A stretch of 43,485 bases of DNA from Chiloscyllium plagiosum (Eukaryota). This document shows, in pieces, positions 22,240 to 34,529 of the stretch. The notes below the pieces were generated by a model. It saw nothing but the letters and a program-made list of their open reading frames with translations. It ran no database searches and was not told the origin of the DNA. Location of the stretch: contig NC_057759.1 of NCBI RefSeq assembly GCF_004010195.1, positions 945,340-988,824 of the forward strand. Direction: 5' to 3'. Positions within the stretch are counted from its first letter, which is position 1. Every line of letters starts with the position of its first letter. The translations under genes and the position numbers were made by a program.

Positions 22240-22400
22240 TATAGCCTTTCTCAGTTAAGGTTCGGTGATGGAGGAGGCCCAGGACCAACATGTCCTTGCA
22301 GGTATGCGAGGGGAGTTAAAGTGTTCAGCCACATGACAATGGGTTTGCTGGGTGCGGGTATCCCAGAGATATTCTCTGAAATGATCCACAAGTTGCTAAC
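22240..22400 (-). mobile_element. Penelope-like GIY-YIG endonuclease fragment
   Basis: Reverse strand reads QLVDHFREYLWDTRTQQTHCHVAEHFNSL..CKDMLVLGLLHHRTL, the PLE 'RFxEH...VAEHFN' pattern. Confidence 0.7.
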
Positions 22401-22409
22401 CTAGTTAGC

Positions 22410-24850
22410 CAGTCTACCATGAGGAACCTTATCGAACCCCTCACTGAAGTCCATATAGAACACGTCCACCGCTCGTCCCTCATCAATCGTCCTTGTTAAT
22501 TCTTCAAACACCTCAATCAAATTCATGATACATGATTTCCCTGCATAAAGCAATGCTGACTATCAGTCATTGCCTTTCCAAATACGTGCAAATCCTGTCC
22601 CTTGGGATTCCCTCCAACCTACTCATCATCGTCAGGCTCGCTGATCTGTAGTTCCCATGCTTTTCCTTCCCACATTTCTTAGTGGCACCATGGTAGCTAA
22701 CCTCCAGTCTTTCAACACCTCACCTGTGCCTATCAATGATAAAAAATATCTCAGCAAGGGGCCCAGCAATCACTTCCGTTGCTTCCCACAGATTTATAAG
22801 GTACAGTTAATCAAGTCCTGATGATTTATGTACTTGTGTGTGTTTGAAGACATCCAGCACCGTCTCCTCTCTAATATGGACATTTTTCAAGATTTCACCA
22901 TCTATTTCCCCCACATTTTAGAACTTCCATGCCCTTCTCCAAAGTAAGCACTGACGCAAAATACTCGTTTAGTATCTCCCCCATCTCCTGCAGTTCCATA
23001 CGTGGGCTCCCTTGCTATTCTTTGAGGTGCCCTATTCTCTCCCTAGTTACCCTTTTGTCCTTAATGTATTTGTAAAAACCCTTCAGATACTCCTTAACCC
23101 TATTTACCAAAGCAATGTCCTGTTCCCTTTTTGTCTTCCTGATTTCCCTCTTAAGTATAGACTCCTACTACCTTTGTACTAAAGAGATTCATTCAATCTC
23201 TTCTGTCTATCCCTGTCATTTGCTTTTGTCTGTTTTTTAACCAAAACCTCAATCTTTCTAGTCACCCAGCATTCCTTTTACCTACTAACCTTTACCTTCA
23301 CCCGAACATAAATATACTGTCTTTGGACTCTCGTTATCTAATTTTTGAAGGCTTCACATTTTCCAGTCATCGCTTTACCTGCGAACATCTGTCACCAATC
23401 AGCTTTTGAAAGTTCTAGCCTAATACTGTCAAAATTAGACTTCCGCCAATTTTGAACTTCAACTTTTAGGTCAGAGAGTGTGGTGCTGGAAAAGCATAGC
23501 AGGTCAGGCAGCATCCGAGAAGCAGGAAAATCAACGTTTCCGACAAAAGCTCTTCATTGATTTTCCTGCTCCTCAGATGCTGCCTGACGTGCTGTGCTTT
23601 TCCACATCATGCTCTCTACTCTAATCTCCAGCATCTGCAGTACTCAAACCCTTAACACTACAGCAGTCCCAGTCTATGTTTGGAAAGTTACAATTCCCTA
23701 CCATAACCACCCTATTATTCTCACAGATAACTGAAAGCTCCTTATAAATTTCTTTCTTAATTTCTGGCTGACTATTTGGTGGTTTGTAATACAATCCCAG
23801 TAAGGTGATTATCCCTTTTATATTTCTCAGTTCCACCCAAATAACTTCCCTGGTTATATTCCCAAGAATATACTAAGTGCAGCAGTAATACCATCCCTTA
23901 TCAAAAACATCACTCCCAATCCTTTCTTGCCCCCTTTAATTTCTTGCTTCCTTGCTATAGCATTTATGAGTCCATCACCCCCTACATTTTCCAAACAGCA
24001 TACTCGTTTGAAATGGGGATAACCACAGAAGCCTCCTGCACTACCTGCCTACCTCTCCTACCTTTACTGGAGTTAACCCATCTATCTGACTCTATTTGCG
24101 GTTTTTCTCCTTTCTGATAACTGTCATCCGTCACACTCCCTACTCTGTGTTTGGAAAGTTAAAATCCCTAACCATAACCAGCTATTATTCTAATGGATAA
24201 CTGAAATCTCCTTACAAATTTGTTTCTCTATTTCCAATTGACTATTCAGTGATCTATAATACAATCGCAATAAGCTGATTATCTCTTTCTTATTTCTCAG
24301 TTCCACACAAATAACTTCCCTGGATGTATTCCTCATTGTAATATTCCTCTTGTAAATAACTCATTCCTCCAGCTGATCCATGTGATCCAGTAGGATTCAC
24401 AACCAAACACACTTACTGCAGACATAATCAACAGTAACATTGAAACTTTCCCTAAACTCCCTCATCTGACAAGAAGAGCATATTACTCTACGAAAGACCA
24501 TATTTCCTCCTCCACAATCTATAGAACCAGACAATAGCACCATTGCTTTGCTCTAAAAGCAAGTGCTCCAGGCTAACTTAGTACTTATGGTTCGCATTTT
24601 TTATATTTAATCAAAAGACAGATTTCAATAAAACATATAATCAAGAAAGAACCCACTCTCTGCACTACTGCAGACAATCAGCAAGGTTACACGTTAAAAA
24701 CTCACGGTTCCTGTGCTGCGATCTCTCCCACACAAGTTCCTCCAAAGATAGCTATGAATCTTGCTGTTTGTTACTTTTTCCTAGACACACTCTGATATCC
24801 AGTAACTGCAGATTCACTGCTGTGTCAGTTAGCAGTGTAGGTTTCTTTCT
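22410..24850 (-). mobile_element. Long internally deleted CR1/HER1 LINE (ORF1 zinc finger, EN, start of RT)
   Basis: Reverse strand: CSSCQMREFRESFNVTVDYVCSKC (~24410-24480), GLYYKPPNS...VMVGNCNFPNIDW (EN), IDEGRAVDVLYMDFSEGFDKVPHG (~22420-22490). The EN segment is also duplicated at 24147-24330. Confidence 0.85.
23472..23646. mobile_element. Inverted-dimer PLE-derived hammerhead element inserted in CR1
   Basis: GCTGGAAAAGCATAGCAGGTCAGGCAGCATCCGAG...GGAAAATCAACGTTTC followed by its reverse complement ending TCTCCAGCATCTGCAGTACTCA; the CTGA part of the core is lost. Confidence 0.8.
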
Positions 24851-24894
24851 CTCTCCCTTGATTTGGGCTCGTATGCCCTGGAGTAAAGGTATTG

Positions 24895-25380
24895 GCTATT
24901 CCTGCCCCTTATACACTTCTATAAGGTTACCCCTCAGCCTCCGATGCTCCAGGGAAAACAGCCCCAACCTATTCAGTCTCTCCCAAAAGCTCAAATCCTC
25001 CAAGTCTGGGAACAACTTCATAAATCTTTTCCAATCCCTTTCAAAGTTTCATAAAATCTTTCCTATGGCAGGGAGGCCAGAACTGAATGCAGTATTCTAA
25101 AAGTGCCCTAACCAATGTCCTGTACACCTGCAACATGACTTCCCAATTCCTGTACTCAGTGCTCTGAACAATAAAGGAAAGCATACCAAACACCTTCACT
25201 TCCTATCTATCCCAATTCCTGTACTCAGTGCTCTGAACAATAAAGGAAAGCATACCAAACACCTTCACTATCCTAACTACCTGCCTCTGCACTTGCAAGA
25301 AACTATAAACCTGCACTCCGAGGTCTCTTTGCAACATGTCACATTTATCTAAATTAATCATCTGCCAAGCCTCAGACCAT
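24895..25380 (-). mobile_element. CR1 LINE fragment containing a 69-bp-period tandem duplication
   Basis: Reverse of LFSLEHRRLRGNLIEVYK and GMLSFI motifs; 25141-25200 repeated at 25210-25269. Confidence 0.8.
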
Positions 25381-25439
25381 CAGTACATCCAATCAATTCT
25401 CATTTATATCAAATTTTCGTTCCTCTCGCATTTGGATAG

Positions 25440-25850
25440 AAGTATACATAGGTGGATAGGCTGGAGCATAGGAGGTTGACAGGTGACTTTGTGGAGGACT
25501 ATAAAATCATGAGGGGTATAGATGAGGTAAACGGCAAGTGTCTTTTCCCTAGGGTGGCGGTTTTATGATTAGGGAGCAAATTTTGAAGTTGAGAGGAGAA
25601 AATGTTTTTTTTAAAATGAGGATCACTTTTTTTAAGAAAGTTTCTATGTAGAAGGAATGTCCAGAGGAAGTGGTGGATACAGGTACAGTTACAATATTTA
25701 TAAGACATTTTGCATGAGTCCATGAGTCAGAAAGGTTCAGAGGGATATCGACCAAACACTGGCAAGTGGAACTAATTTAATTTGAGAACGTAGTCAGCAT
25801 GGACGAGATGGACTGAAGGGACTGTTTCAGGGCTGTATGACTCTGTACCT
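25440..25850 (+). mobile_element. CR1 LINE 3' end
   Basis: LEHRRLTGDFVEDYKIMRGID motif and CR1 tail ending CTGTATGACTCT. Confidence 0.75.
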
Positions 25851-26109
25851 GGTACTGGTCTTAAAACTATTTTCTTGCCTTTCCCCAGAACCATCCACTT
25901 CTTTGTTGTTCAAAAATCAGATGAACTCAGCCTTGACTATATTCAATGACCCCCGAACTGCAGGAAGACATCCCCACTTCTGAACTCCATTCCTCTTGCT
26001 AATATATCACTTGCCAATCTCAATGCTCGCTGCACCTGTCTGATAACTGACATTGACTGGTGTAGAAGGACACAGAGGCGCCTTTGTACATCCACACATC
26101 ATTCATAAT

Positions 26110-26505
26110 GAAAGGCTCAAGCCAGATACGTCATTTCTCCTGCTCCTTAGATGTTGCCTGACCTACTGTGCTTTTCCAACACCAAACTTTCTGACTCTGA
26201 TCTCCAGCATCTGCAGTTCTCACATTCTCTACATCACAATATAACCCTACTTAAACCATCTACCTCTTTTCTGCTCTTTTTTTTTCCAGCAAAGGCTATA
26301 ACTTCATAGAAAGGCTCAAGCCAGATACGTCATTTCTCCTGCTCCTTAGATGTTGCCTGACCTACTGTGCTTTTCCAACACCAAACTTTCTGACTCTGAT
26401 CTCCAGCATCTGCAGTCCTCACATTCTCTACATCACAATATAACCCCACTTAAACCATCTACCTCTTTTCTGCTCTTTTTTTTCAGCAAAGGCTATAACT
26501 TCATA
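26110..26505 (+). repeat. ~199-bp tandem duplication (26110-26308 / 26309-26505) carrying a degenerate hammerhead element
   Basis: Near-identical direct repeat; each unit holds GAAAGGCTCAAGCCAGATACGTC...GATCTCCAGCATCTGCAG. Confidence 0.9.
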
Positions 26506-27094
26506 CTGTGGTCCTGCATTTGCCACGTGTTTGCCAAATGAGACCCATCCTGGACGACTTTTCCAGAGTTTGTCCCTTCCCTAGATTCACTCCCTTTCCT
26601 TTCAGTTCCAGCAAATCAACAATTGAATCCCAGAATAAAACAAAGAAATGGAAAAGGGGGTGAAAAAAGAGAGTGCTGTATGCATAGATGTTAGACAGAG
26701 GAAGCAAGTTTGCAGTTTGGGGTGAAACTCAATCTTCACTCAGAGAGAGGGGCACCAAAGGCCGAAGCTCATGGTCCAATGTGCACATTCATATAAAAGG
26801 AGGGTTGTGACTGGCAGGAGGACCACACTCCTTCCGATTGTCCAGGGATCCTCATCGGTTCATTAAAGAATGTCGCAGGCCGTTTCCACGGTGAGCGAGG
26901 AGCATGCACATTATTTTGCTGACACCGAGGAGCATGCACAGTACACTATGTGAAGATGCTGGTGTTACTGAAAATTTTAAAGTGTCTAAATGCCGATCGT
27001 TTTAAAAAAGGCTGCAGTCACAATTCTCTTTCCCTACTGTGGCTCGACATTTTATTCTGTTTACATTTTGTCTCGCTGCTCAACTTTGGTATGT

Positions 27095-27420
27095 GTTTCC
27101 CCAGGGTAGAATGCTGTCCAAATCGAGAGCGACCAAATCTAGAGGGGCATAGCTTTAGGGTGAGAGGATGAAGATTTAAAAGGGACCTGAGGAGTAACTT
27201 TGTCATGCAAAGGGTGGTGCATGAATTGAATGAGCTGCCAGAGGAACTGGTAGAGGCTGCTACAATAATAACATTTAAAAGACATTTGGATGGGTATATG
27301 AATAGGAAGGGTTTAGTGGGATATGGGCCAAATGCTGGCAAATAGGTTACTATATTAATTTAGGATATCTTGTTGGTGTGGATCAAAAGGTTTGTTTGCA
27401 TGCCTCACAACTCTATGGCC
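27095..27420 (+). mobile_element. CR1/HER1 LINE 3' end
   Basis: GHSFRVRG..FKRDLR.NF..QRVV..(W)NELPEE motif and tail. Confidence 0.8.
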
Positions 27421-27939
27421 CGATTTCTACATAGTCGGAACCAATTGCACAAGACTTTGAATAGACCATTCATCCCTTACAGCCTGTCCTCAGCCGTGGC
27501 CGAACTGCGCATATTTCAATCCAATTTTTTCAAAGAATTCTGAAGCGGGGGGAAGGGAGAGAGAATAGATGGGGGGTGCAGAGGGTGTGGGGAGATAGAA
27601 AAAAAATGGACAGAGGGTGGGGCTAAAGAGAAAGACTGGAGATAACAGGGTGGGGGAAAGAGACTGTGGGACGGGGGTGCGTAAGAGAATATGGGGAGAG
27701 AGAAAGAGAGAGAAGGGGAGCAGAGGGTTGGAATGAGACAGAATGGGGGGGATGCAGAGTGTGGGAGAGAGAGAGAATGGGTGGGGGAGTGGGAGCAGAG
27801 AGAATGGACAAAGGGCAGAGGGTGGATGGAAGTACAGTACAAATCCCATCTTTTCCAGGACTGATGTCAAGTGTCATACGAACTGGAACCCATTCCTCCC
27901 ACAGCAGACAATGAGCTTCTGAATAGCATCCAACCTGGA

Positions 27940-28185
27940 GCCACCCATTTACCCTACAGCCCTGTAGTTCCCCATTGCTAATACACACTAACCTGCACAT
28001 CTGGGCACTTTCGCATGTCCAATCCACCCTAAACTGCAAAGTGTTGAATTGTGGGAGGAAACCTGAGCATCCAGAGGTAATTCACAGACACAAGGTAGAG
28101 AACGTCCCAAAGTCCACCTGAGGGCGGAATCGAACCTGGGTCTCTGGGTTCATGAGGCAGTGGTACTAACTGCTGAGCCATGCCA
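27940..28185 (-). mobile_element. HE1-like V-SINE
   Basis: TGTGGGAGGAAACC...GGAATCGAACCTGGGTC...GTACTAACTGCTGAGCCA; same family as 1110-1445. Confidence 0.8.
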
Positions 28186-28189
28186 CCCA

Positions 28190-28780
28190 GAGCTTTGAGG
28201 TTCTGCTTTGTCTTTGTAGCTTCTAACTTCTCATGAGCCTGCAGCAGAGGATCTCTCCTCCCGACATTGTTGAATCATACAACACTGCAACCTCCCTTTC
28301 CCACCTCTCCAGCCCTGATCAGATCTGTTCCTGAATCCTACTGCCAGACAGATACCGATGCCATCTGACCTCCTATTGCCAGTTGCAGAGAACGGAGACA
28401 ATGCCTGTCACTATTCTGTCCCTTACCACCACCTCCCCCTCCCCAACATTGTCCTTACTGTCACCATCCGCTGCCCAGCCAGTTCGCTCCTCCGGCCTGC
28501 AGCCCTCTTTCAGATCTCCTTTACCTGTCTGACTCATACTCACACCCTCCTGCCCCTGTCCACTAACTCAATAGAAGACCAGCTAGAGGGGAAGACCATC
28601 TCCCGGAATAAAGCATCTGGTTAACTTTACCCATTTCCTCCCAATATGTCTGCAGCCTGGCTTCCAGCTCCATCTCTGAGCCGAAGGTCCTCAAACATGT
28701 TTTTGCCCTGGAACACAGCATCCAGATCCTCCCAGCAAATTGAAAGACAAGTCCCACCCAGCCTTCTCCAATGTGTGTTA
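28190..28780 (-). mobile_element. Degenerate CR1 ORF1 (coiled coil plus SGNH esterase) fragment
   Basis: Reverse strand shows a decayed MELEARLQT coiled coil, VVVRDRIVTGI (GDS-block-like) and KSRTSK, as in esterase-type CR1 ORF1. Confidence 0.55.
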
Positions 28781-28796
28781 TGGAACTGCTTAATTG

Positions 28797-29590
28797 TTTC
28801 TAGTGGCCAGGCAGAGGCTGATAGCTAAGTTCAGTACCCATGAGTATAGCCTGAACTGGGATCTTGGGTTTATGTCCACTGGACAGTACACTCTCACACA
28901 AGCACGTATACACACACTCATGCAGACTCTCTCTTTCTCATACATTTGCTCTCTCCAAGATACACCCACCCTCTCACAGGCTTATACTCCATCACATATT
29001 TTACCAAGCATGCACACACACAGACACTCACGTGCACACGCAAACTGTCTCTGATGGACGCACAAATACGTACAAGTCTGAGGTGAATTTTCATTTGCGA
29101 AATTACATTTGCAGATACATTCTATTGTGCACTTTTTGAGCAAAATCTACAGGCAAGCAATCCTGTAATATTTTATAAATTCATTTTTTTTAAATAGAAC
29201 CAGTCTCAAAATTGGGATATAGACAGACTCTAACCTCACAACTTTCTTGCATTTTCTGAACTGAGATGTTACATTTTTTTTTTAAAACCTGAAGTTATGT
29301 CATGAATATTACTTGAAGGAAGCTCTGGGATTTACATATTAAATGAACCAAAACCTGCAACCCATTCTAAAAGATGAAAGACTGAACAGCATTCTAGGTT
29401 TGTTCATTATATGGTATCAGTTGCATGACACTAATCTTTTGCTATAAATTCAGTTTCTTGTGACCCTGCTCCATAGCTACCCGATGAAGGAGCAGTGATC
29501 TGAGAGCCAGTGCTTCCAAATAAACCTTTTGGACTATAACCTGGTGTTGTGTGATTTTTAACTTTGTCCATCCCAGTCCAACATGGGCTC
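28797..29590 (+). mobile_element. Penelope-like element 3' end with decayed hammerhead
   Basis: VARQRLIAKFSTHEYSLNWDLGFMS resembles a PLE GIY-YIG C-terminus (...GLN). Downstream CCGATGAAGGAGCAGTGATCTGAGAGC is a decayed CTGATGA...GAAA core, followed by AATAAACC. Confidence 0.7.
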
Positions 29591-29964
29591 TTCCACAGAA
29601 TTTCCAGTGAACACAGCTCACACCTCCCCTGGTGCTGCCAGTAAACTTTACAATGCCAATGAAGCATTGGAGTATCTGCACTCCTTAAAAAATTACAATT
29701 TCTAATGATACCAATTACTCATTCACTGCTTCTGCTGATACACGACAGTGGAAACTTAGTGCTGGAGGCTTAAAGAAATGAGCAGCTTTGAAACAAAAGC
29801 GTGTTAGATTTTAAGGATTTCAAGGTCCAAGTACGACTTGGAGTTCAAGTAACCTTTATTGCGACCCAGGTTTGTTACTGCTTCAGAGCTCCCCAGCAAT
29901 AAGGTGTACAAAATGTAGCTGCTTCTTAAAACTGCTCAAGGTCAAAGTGCACACTCTACCCACC

Positions 29965-30362
29965 CACAGTCTCAGATGGTGAGCGGGCTATCCCCAATGT
30001 GGACCCGTTCGTTCATTTGCAGGCTGGAGGAATCAAGTATTCCCTTCCCGCACTCAGGCAGGTGAACGGTTTCACTCTCGTGTGGACCCGCTGGTGTGTC
30101 CGCAAGTTGCCAATGAGACAGAATGCCTTTTTGCATTCAGGACAGGTGAATGACTGCTCCCTGGTGTGTTTGCAGGTTAACCAACCGACTGAATCCCTTC
30201 CCGCACTCTGAGCAGGTGAAAGGCTTCTCTTGCGTGTGGACCCGCTGGTGGGCCAGCACTGTAGATGACTCAGTGAACCCCCTCTCGCACACGGGGCATG
30301 TGAACGGCTTTTCTCCCATGTGAACCCGCTGGTGCCTTTGCAGATGTCCCATCTGACTGAAT
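29965..30362 (-). pseudogene. Tandem C2H2 zinc-finger gene 3' portion with two frameshifts
   Basis: [20 protein letters not shown]...[20 protein letters not shown]...; frameshifts near 30160 and 30056; last finger lacks its first His. The 5' part is in the gap. Confidence 0.85.
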
Positions 30363-30862
30363 NNNNNNNNNNNNNNNNNNNNNNNNNNNNNNNNNNNNNN
30401 NNNNNNNNNNNNNNNNNNNNNNNNNNNNNNNNNNNNNNNNNNNNNNNNNNNNNNNNNNNNNNNNNNNNNNNNNNNNNNNNNNNNNNNNNNNNNNNNNNNN
30501 NNNNNNNNNNNNNNNNNNNNNNNNNNNNNNNNNNNNNNNNNNNNNNNNNNNNNNNNNNNNNNNNNNNNNNNNNNNNNNNNNNNNNNNNNNNNNNNNNNNN
30601 NNNNNNNNNNNNNNNNNNNNNNNNNNNNNNNNNNNNNNNNNNNNNNNNNNNNNNNNNNNNNNNNNNNNNNNNNNNNNNNNNNNNNNNNNNNNNNNNNNNN
30701 NNNNNNNNNNNNNNNNNNNNNNNNNNNNNNNNNNNNNNNNNNNNNNNNNNNNNNNNNNNNNNNNNNNNNNNNNNNNNNNNNNNNNNNNNNNNNNNNNNNN
30801 NNNNNNNNNNNNNNNNNNNNNNNNNNNNNNNNNNNNNNNNNNNNNNNNNNNNNNNNNNNNNN
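30363..30862. other. Assembly gap (500 N)
   Basis: Run of N. Confidence 1.
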
Positions 30863-30864
30863 TG

Positions 30865-31450
30865 GAGCCACAGGAAACGCGATAAATCCTTAATGAGTAC
30901 TTTGTATCGGTATTTACTAAGGAGAATGACATGACTCATGTGAAGGTCAGGGATGACTGTGAATACTTTAAAGAATGTCAATACATTGAAGGAAGAATTT
31001 TCGGTATCCTAAATTGCATTAACGTAGACAGGTCCCCAGGACAAGATAAGATCTACTCCAGATTACTGTAAGAGGCAAGGGAAGAAATAGTTGGGGCAAT
31101 AGCAGTATTTTTCGCATCCTTATTGATTACAGGTAAGGTTCCAGAGGATTGGAGATTAACCAACGTTGTTTTCTTGTTTAAGAAAAGGAAGCAGGGATAA
31201 TCTAGAAAAATTATAGTCTGGCGATGCTGACGTCTGTGGTTGGGAAGCTCTTGGCGAGGATACAGCATCTGCAGTCATTGAAGATACAGAGGGACAAGGT
31301 ACTTGCACTTTTGGAAGAAAATTTATTTTTTAGTGACAGGCAGCATGGTTTTGTAAAGGGAAGACCATGTCTCACAAACCTATCGAATGTTTGAAGAGGT
31401 GACGAGGATTATTGATGAGGGCAGACATGCAAATGTGGTCAACTACGGAT
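30865..31450 (+). mobile_element. Degenerate CR1 ORF2 fragment (pre-RT to RT start)
   Basis: VDRSPGQDKIYSRLL, TGKVPEDWRLTNVVFLFKK and QHGFVKGRPCLTNL motifs. Confidence 0.8.
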
Positions 31451-32356
31451 TTTATGCATAACTTCAAATTTTGCAACTGGATGAGCCTCCACGACTTCTT
31501 CTGGCAGCTCATTCCATACACAAATCACACTCACTGTGCAATAGTGCACTGTGCAATATATCTTAGCATCCAAACTTAAACATCAGCCCTCTGGTTTCAT
31601 ACTCGCCTACTGTGGGAAAAATGACCTCGTCTATTCACTATATTCTCCCGCTCATGATTTTAAAAACCTTTACAAAAACATACAACTTTAGATAAGTTAG
31701 CGTGGGTTCTTTATATTGAACATATAAGATCTTCAGAACAGTCAATCGAGAATAGAGCTGATGGACTTTTCCATGGGTATGGGAGACCAGAACTAAGGAT
31801 TCAATTTTAAGAAAACAATATTTTCCTTTTAACACAGACATTACGAAGTCAGGAATTTATTGGACAAAATTTAGGAGAACAAGATGAACATATTTTCAAA
31901 TTATAAATTGCTCCAACATCGAGGAGGGAACCAGGATGAAGTCATACAATCCAAATACTTTTCAAGGATACCTCACATGGTCCAGTTTTGGGTCGGATTA
32001 AATGATTGTACGTTTCAGCTAAGAGAAGGAGAAAATATGAACTGCCTGAAAATGAACAGCCTGTTTCTCACTCTATTTACTTGTTTCTCCTGACAACAGC
32101 ATATGCGAGGTGAAAACCCAAGACTCGTCTTTACCTCGCGTGGAAGATTCCGGTGGACAATTCATTGGAATCTCCCCAATACCTTTAGCTAAATCAAACT
32201 GTCCCAAGGAAAAAAAATACCAATAGTTTGTGTGAGCAGAGTAACCTTAGATGTGGAATAGCATTTGTGACAATCTCATTTTTCATTTTTGCCATGAGTT
32301 TAACTATTATTTGGACAACAATCTTTGCAGAGTTTACTCTTCCTTGTTTGTCTTCC

Positions 32357-33835
32357 GACGTGTGTATTTGTGTGCGTGTCTATCTGTGTTCATGACTCAA
32401 TGTGTGTCTGTGTGCATGACTCTTTGTGTACATGTATGCATATGACTCCGTGCATGTGTCTGTACGTGTGAATCTGTGTGTGTGTCTGTGCGCAAGGCTC
32501 TGTCTGCGTGGATCTTACTGTGTGTCTGTCTACGAAACACTGTTTACCTGTATGTATGACTCTGCTAGTGTATCCATGTGTATCATCCTGTGCATCTGTT
32601 TGTATGTGTAACTGTGCGTATGTATGTGTCTGTTTGTATCTTAGTGTCTGACTCTGGGTGTGTATCTGTGTGCGTAACTTTGTGAATGTCTTTGTGTGCC
32701 TGTGTATGTGAATTTGCGTGTGCATCCGAGACTTGGTGAATGACTCTGTGTGTGCATTCATGTGCATGACTTTCTGCGTGTATGTGTGTGCATGACTATT
32801 TGTGTGTCTGTGTGTATATATGCGTGATTCTGGGTGCCTGTCTCTGTACGTGACTGTGTATGTGTCTGTGTGTGACCGTGTGTGTATCTGTGTGTGTGAA
32901 TCTGTATGTGTGATTCTGTGCATGTCTGAGAGTGTATGTGCGCGTGACCCTGCTTGTGTATCTGTTTGTGTGGCTCTATGCATGTCTGTATCTCTGTGCA
33001 TGACGTTTTATTCTTATCTATGTGACTCAGTGTGTGTCTTTGTGTGTATCTGTTGCATGACTCTATGTGTATATATGTGTGTGACTCAGTGTGTGTGTCT
33101 TTGTACATAACTGTGCGTGCGTCTCTGAATGTGTGTATCTGTGTGCGTGTCTCAGTGTGTATATTCGTGTGTATTTGTGTGTAACTCCTTGTGTGTGACT
33201 CCATGCATGAGTCTGTGTTTGACTCTGTGTATGTGATTCTGTGTTTGTGCCTATGTGTATCTGTGCATGACTCTGTCTGCCTGACTTTGTGTGCATATCT
33301 GAGTGTGCGTCTGCATGTGTGACTCTGTGCATCTGTGCATGTAAATCCACTTGCGTGTGTGTGTGACTGTGTATTTGTATTATGACTTTGTGTGTGTATC
33401 TGTGTTTGACTCGATTTGTGTATCAGTGTGCGTGACACTGTGTCTGTGTGCGACATTGCATGTTTCTGCCTGTGTCTGTGTGCACCTTGTGTGTGCATCT
33501 TTGTCAATTTGTGTCAGTCTGTGTGTGCGTCTGTATGCAGACTCGGTGTATGTATGTGTTTGTGCGATTCGGTGCATGTCAGTGTGCATATCTGTGGGTG
33601 TGTCCCTGTGTGTATGTCTGTGTCCTCGACTCTGTGTGTGTGCGTTTCTGTGTGCGTGACTGTGTGTTTAATTCTGTGGGTATGCTTGTGCGTAACTCCG
33701 AATGTGTCTCTGTGTGCTTGATTGTATGTCTGCATGTGCATTTGTATGTGATTTATTACGTGTGTCTGTGTGCGTAAATGTGTAAGTGTCTGTGTGTATC
33801 TGTGTGTTACCCTGTGCATGTGTCTGTGTCTGTTT
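32357..33835 (+). repeat. Degenerate (TG)n-rich simple repeat, ~1.5 kb
   Basis: TG mosaic with recurring GTGACTCTGTG/GTATCTGTG units. Confidence 0.95.
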
Positions 33836-34529
33836 CAGTGCAAGCACCCGATTCCATAATATTTATGGAAGCTTGTCTGTTCCTTCCGCTGGAGAGACAG
33901 AACCAATATGCTCACATCACTGGACAGAGATGGCCTGTGTCATTTTGTGAATACATTAGAGAACAGCACTCTAGCACATGATGGATATTCCACCGACCCC
34001 TTCTCGGGAAGCTCCAGAGTGAAACGAGTTCCCATCATGGACTTTGTCAGCACAGCCCTGTCAATAGTTAAATTTGACTGATGAGGAGATATGTAATTTC
34101 GAAGAACTATTGGAAATAAAATAGTGATAAGATATGGAATTCATGGTAAGACTGGAATTGGTTCACTGTTTAATGCGGGCTTGGAGCATTCACTGAAAAG
34201 TGGCGAAGTAATGACATGAGTATTGGAGAAACTCTCAGCCTTAGGAATGCAGTTTGTCCTTGGTAACAATATAGCTTTGTCACAGGTATACGTGCTCCTG
34301 TTCAGTGGAAAACTAAGCAACTCCGGTATGCCAGGAAGTATCTCCCAGTAAGTTTCCAGACTGTGTGATATCAAGATCACAAATCTACTCGTTGAAGCAG
34401 GAGGACAAATTAAAGTATACAGAAAAGAAAGCTAACGTGCAATTATTGGAGACCATATTATATCAAATGGTTGAGAAAAATAAAAGGTGCAGGGCACCGT
34501 GGATATTTTAAGTTATGAGTCCATTTAGT

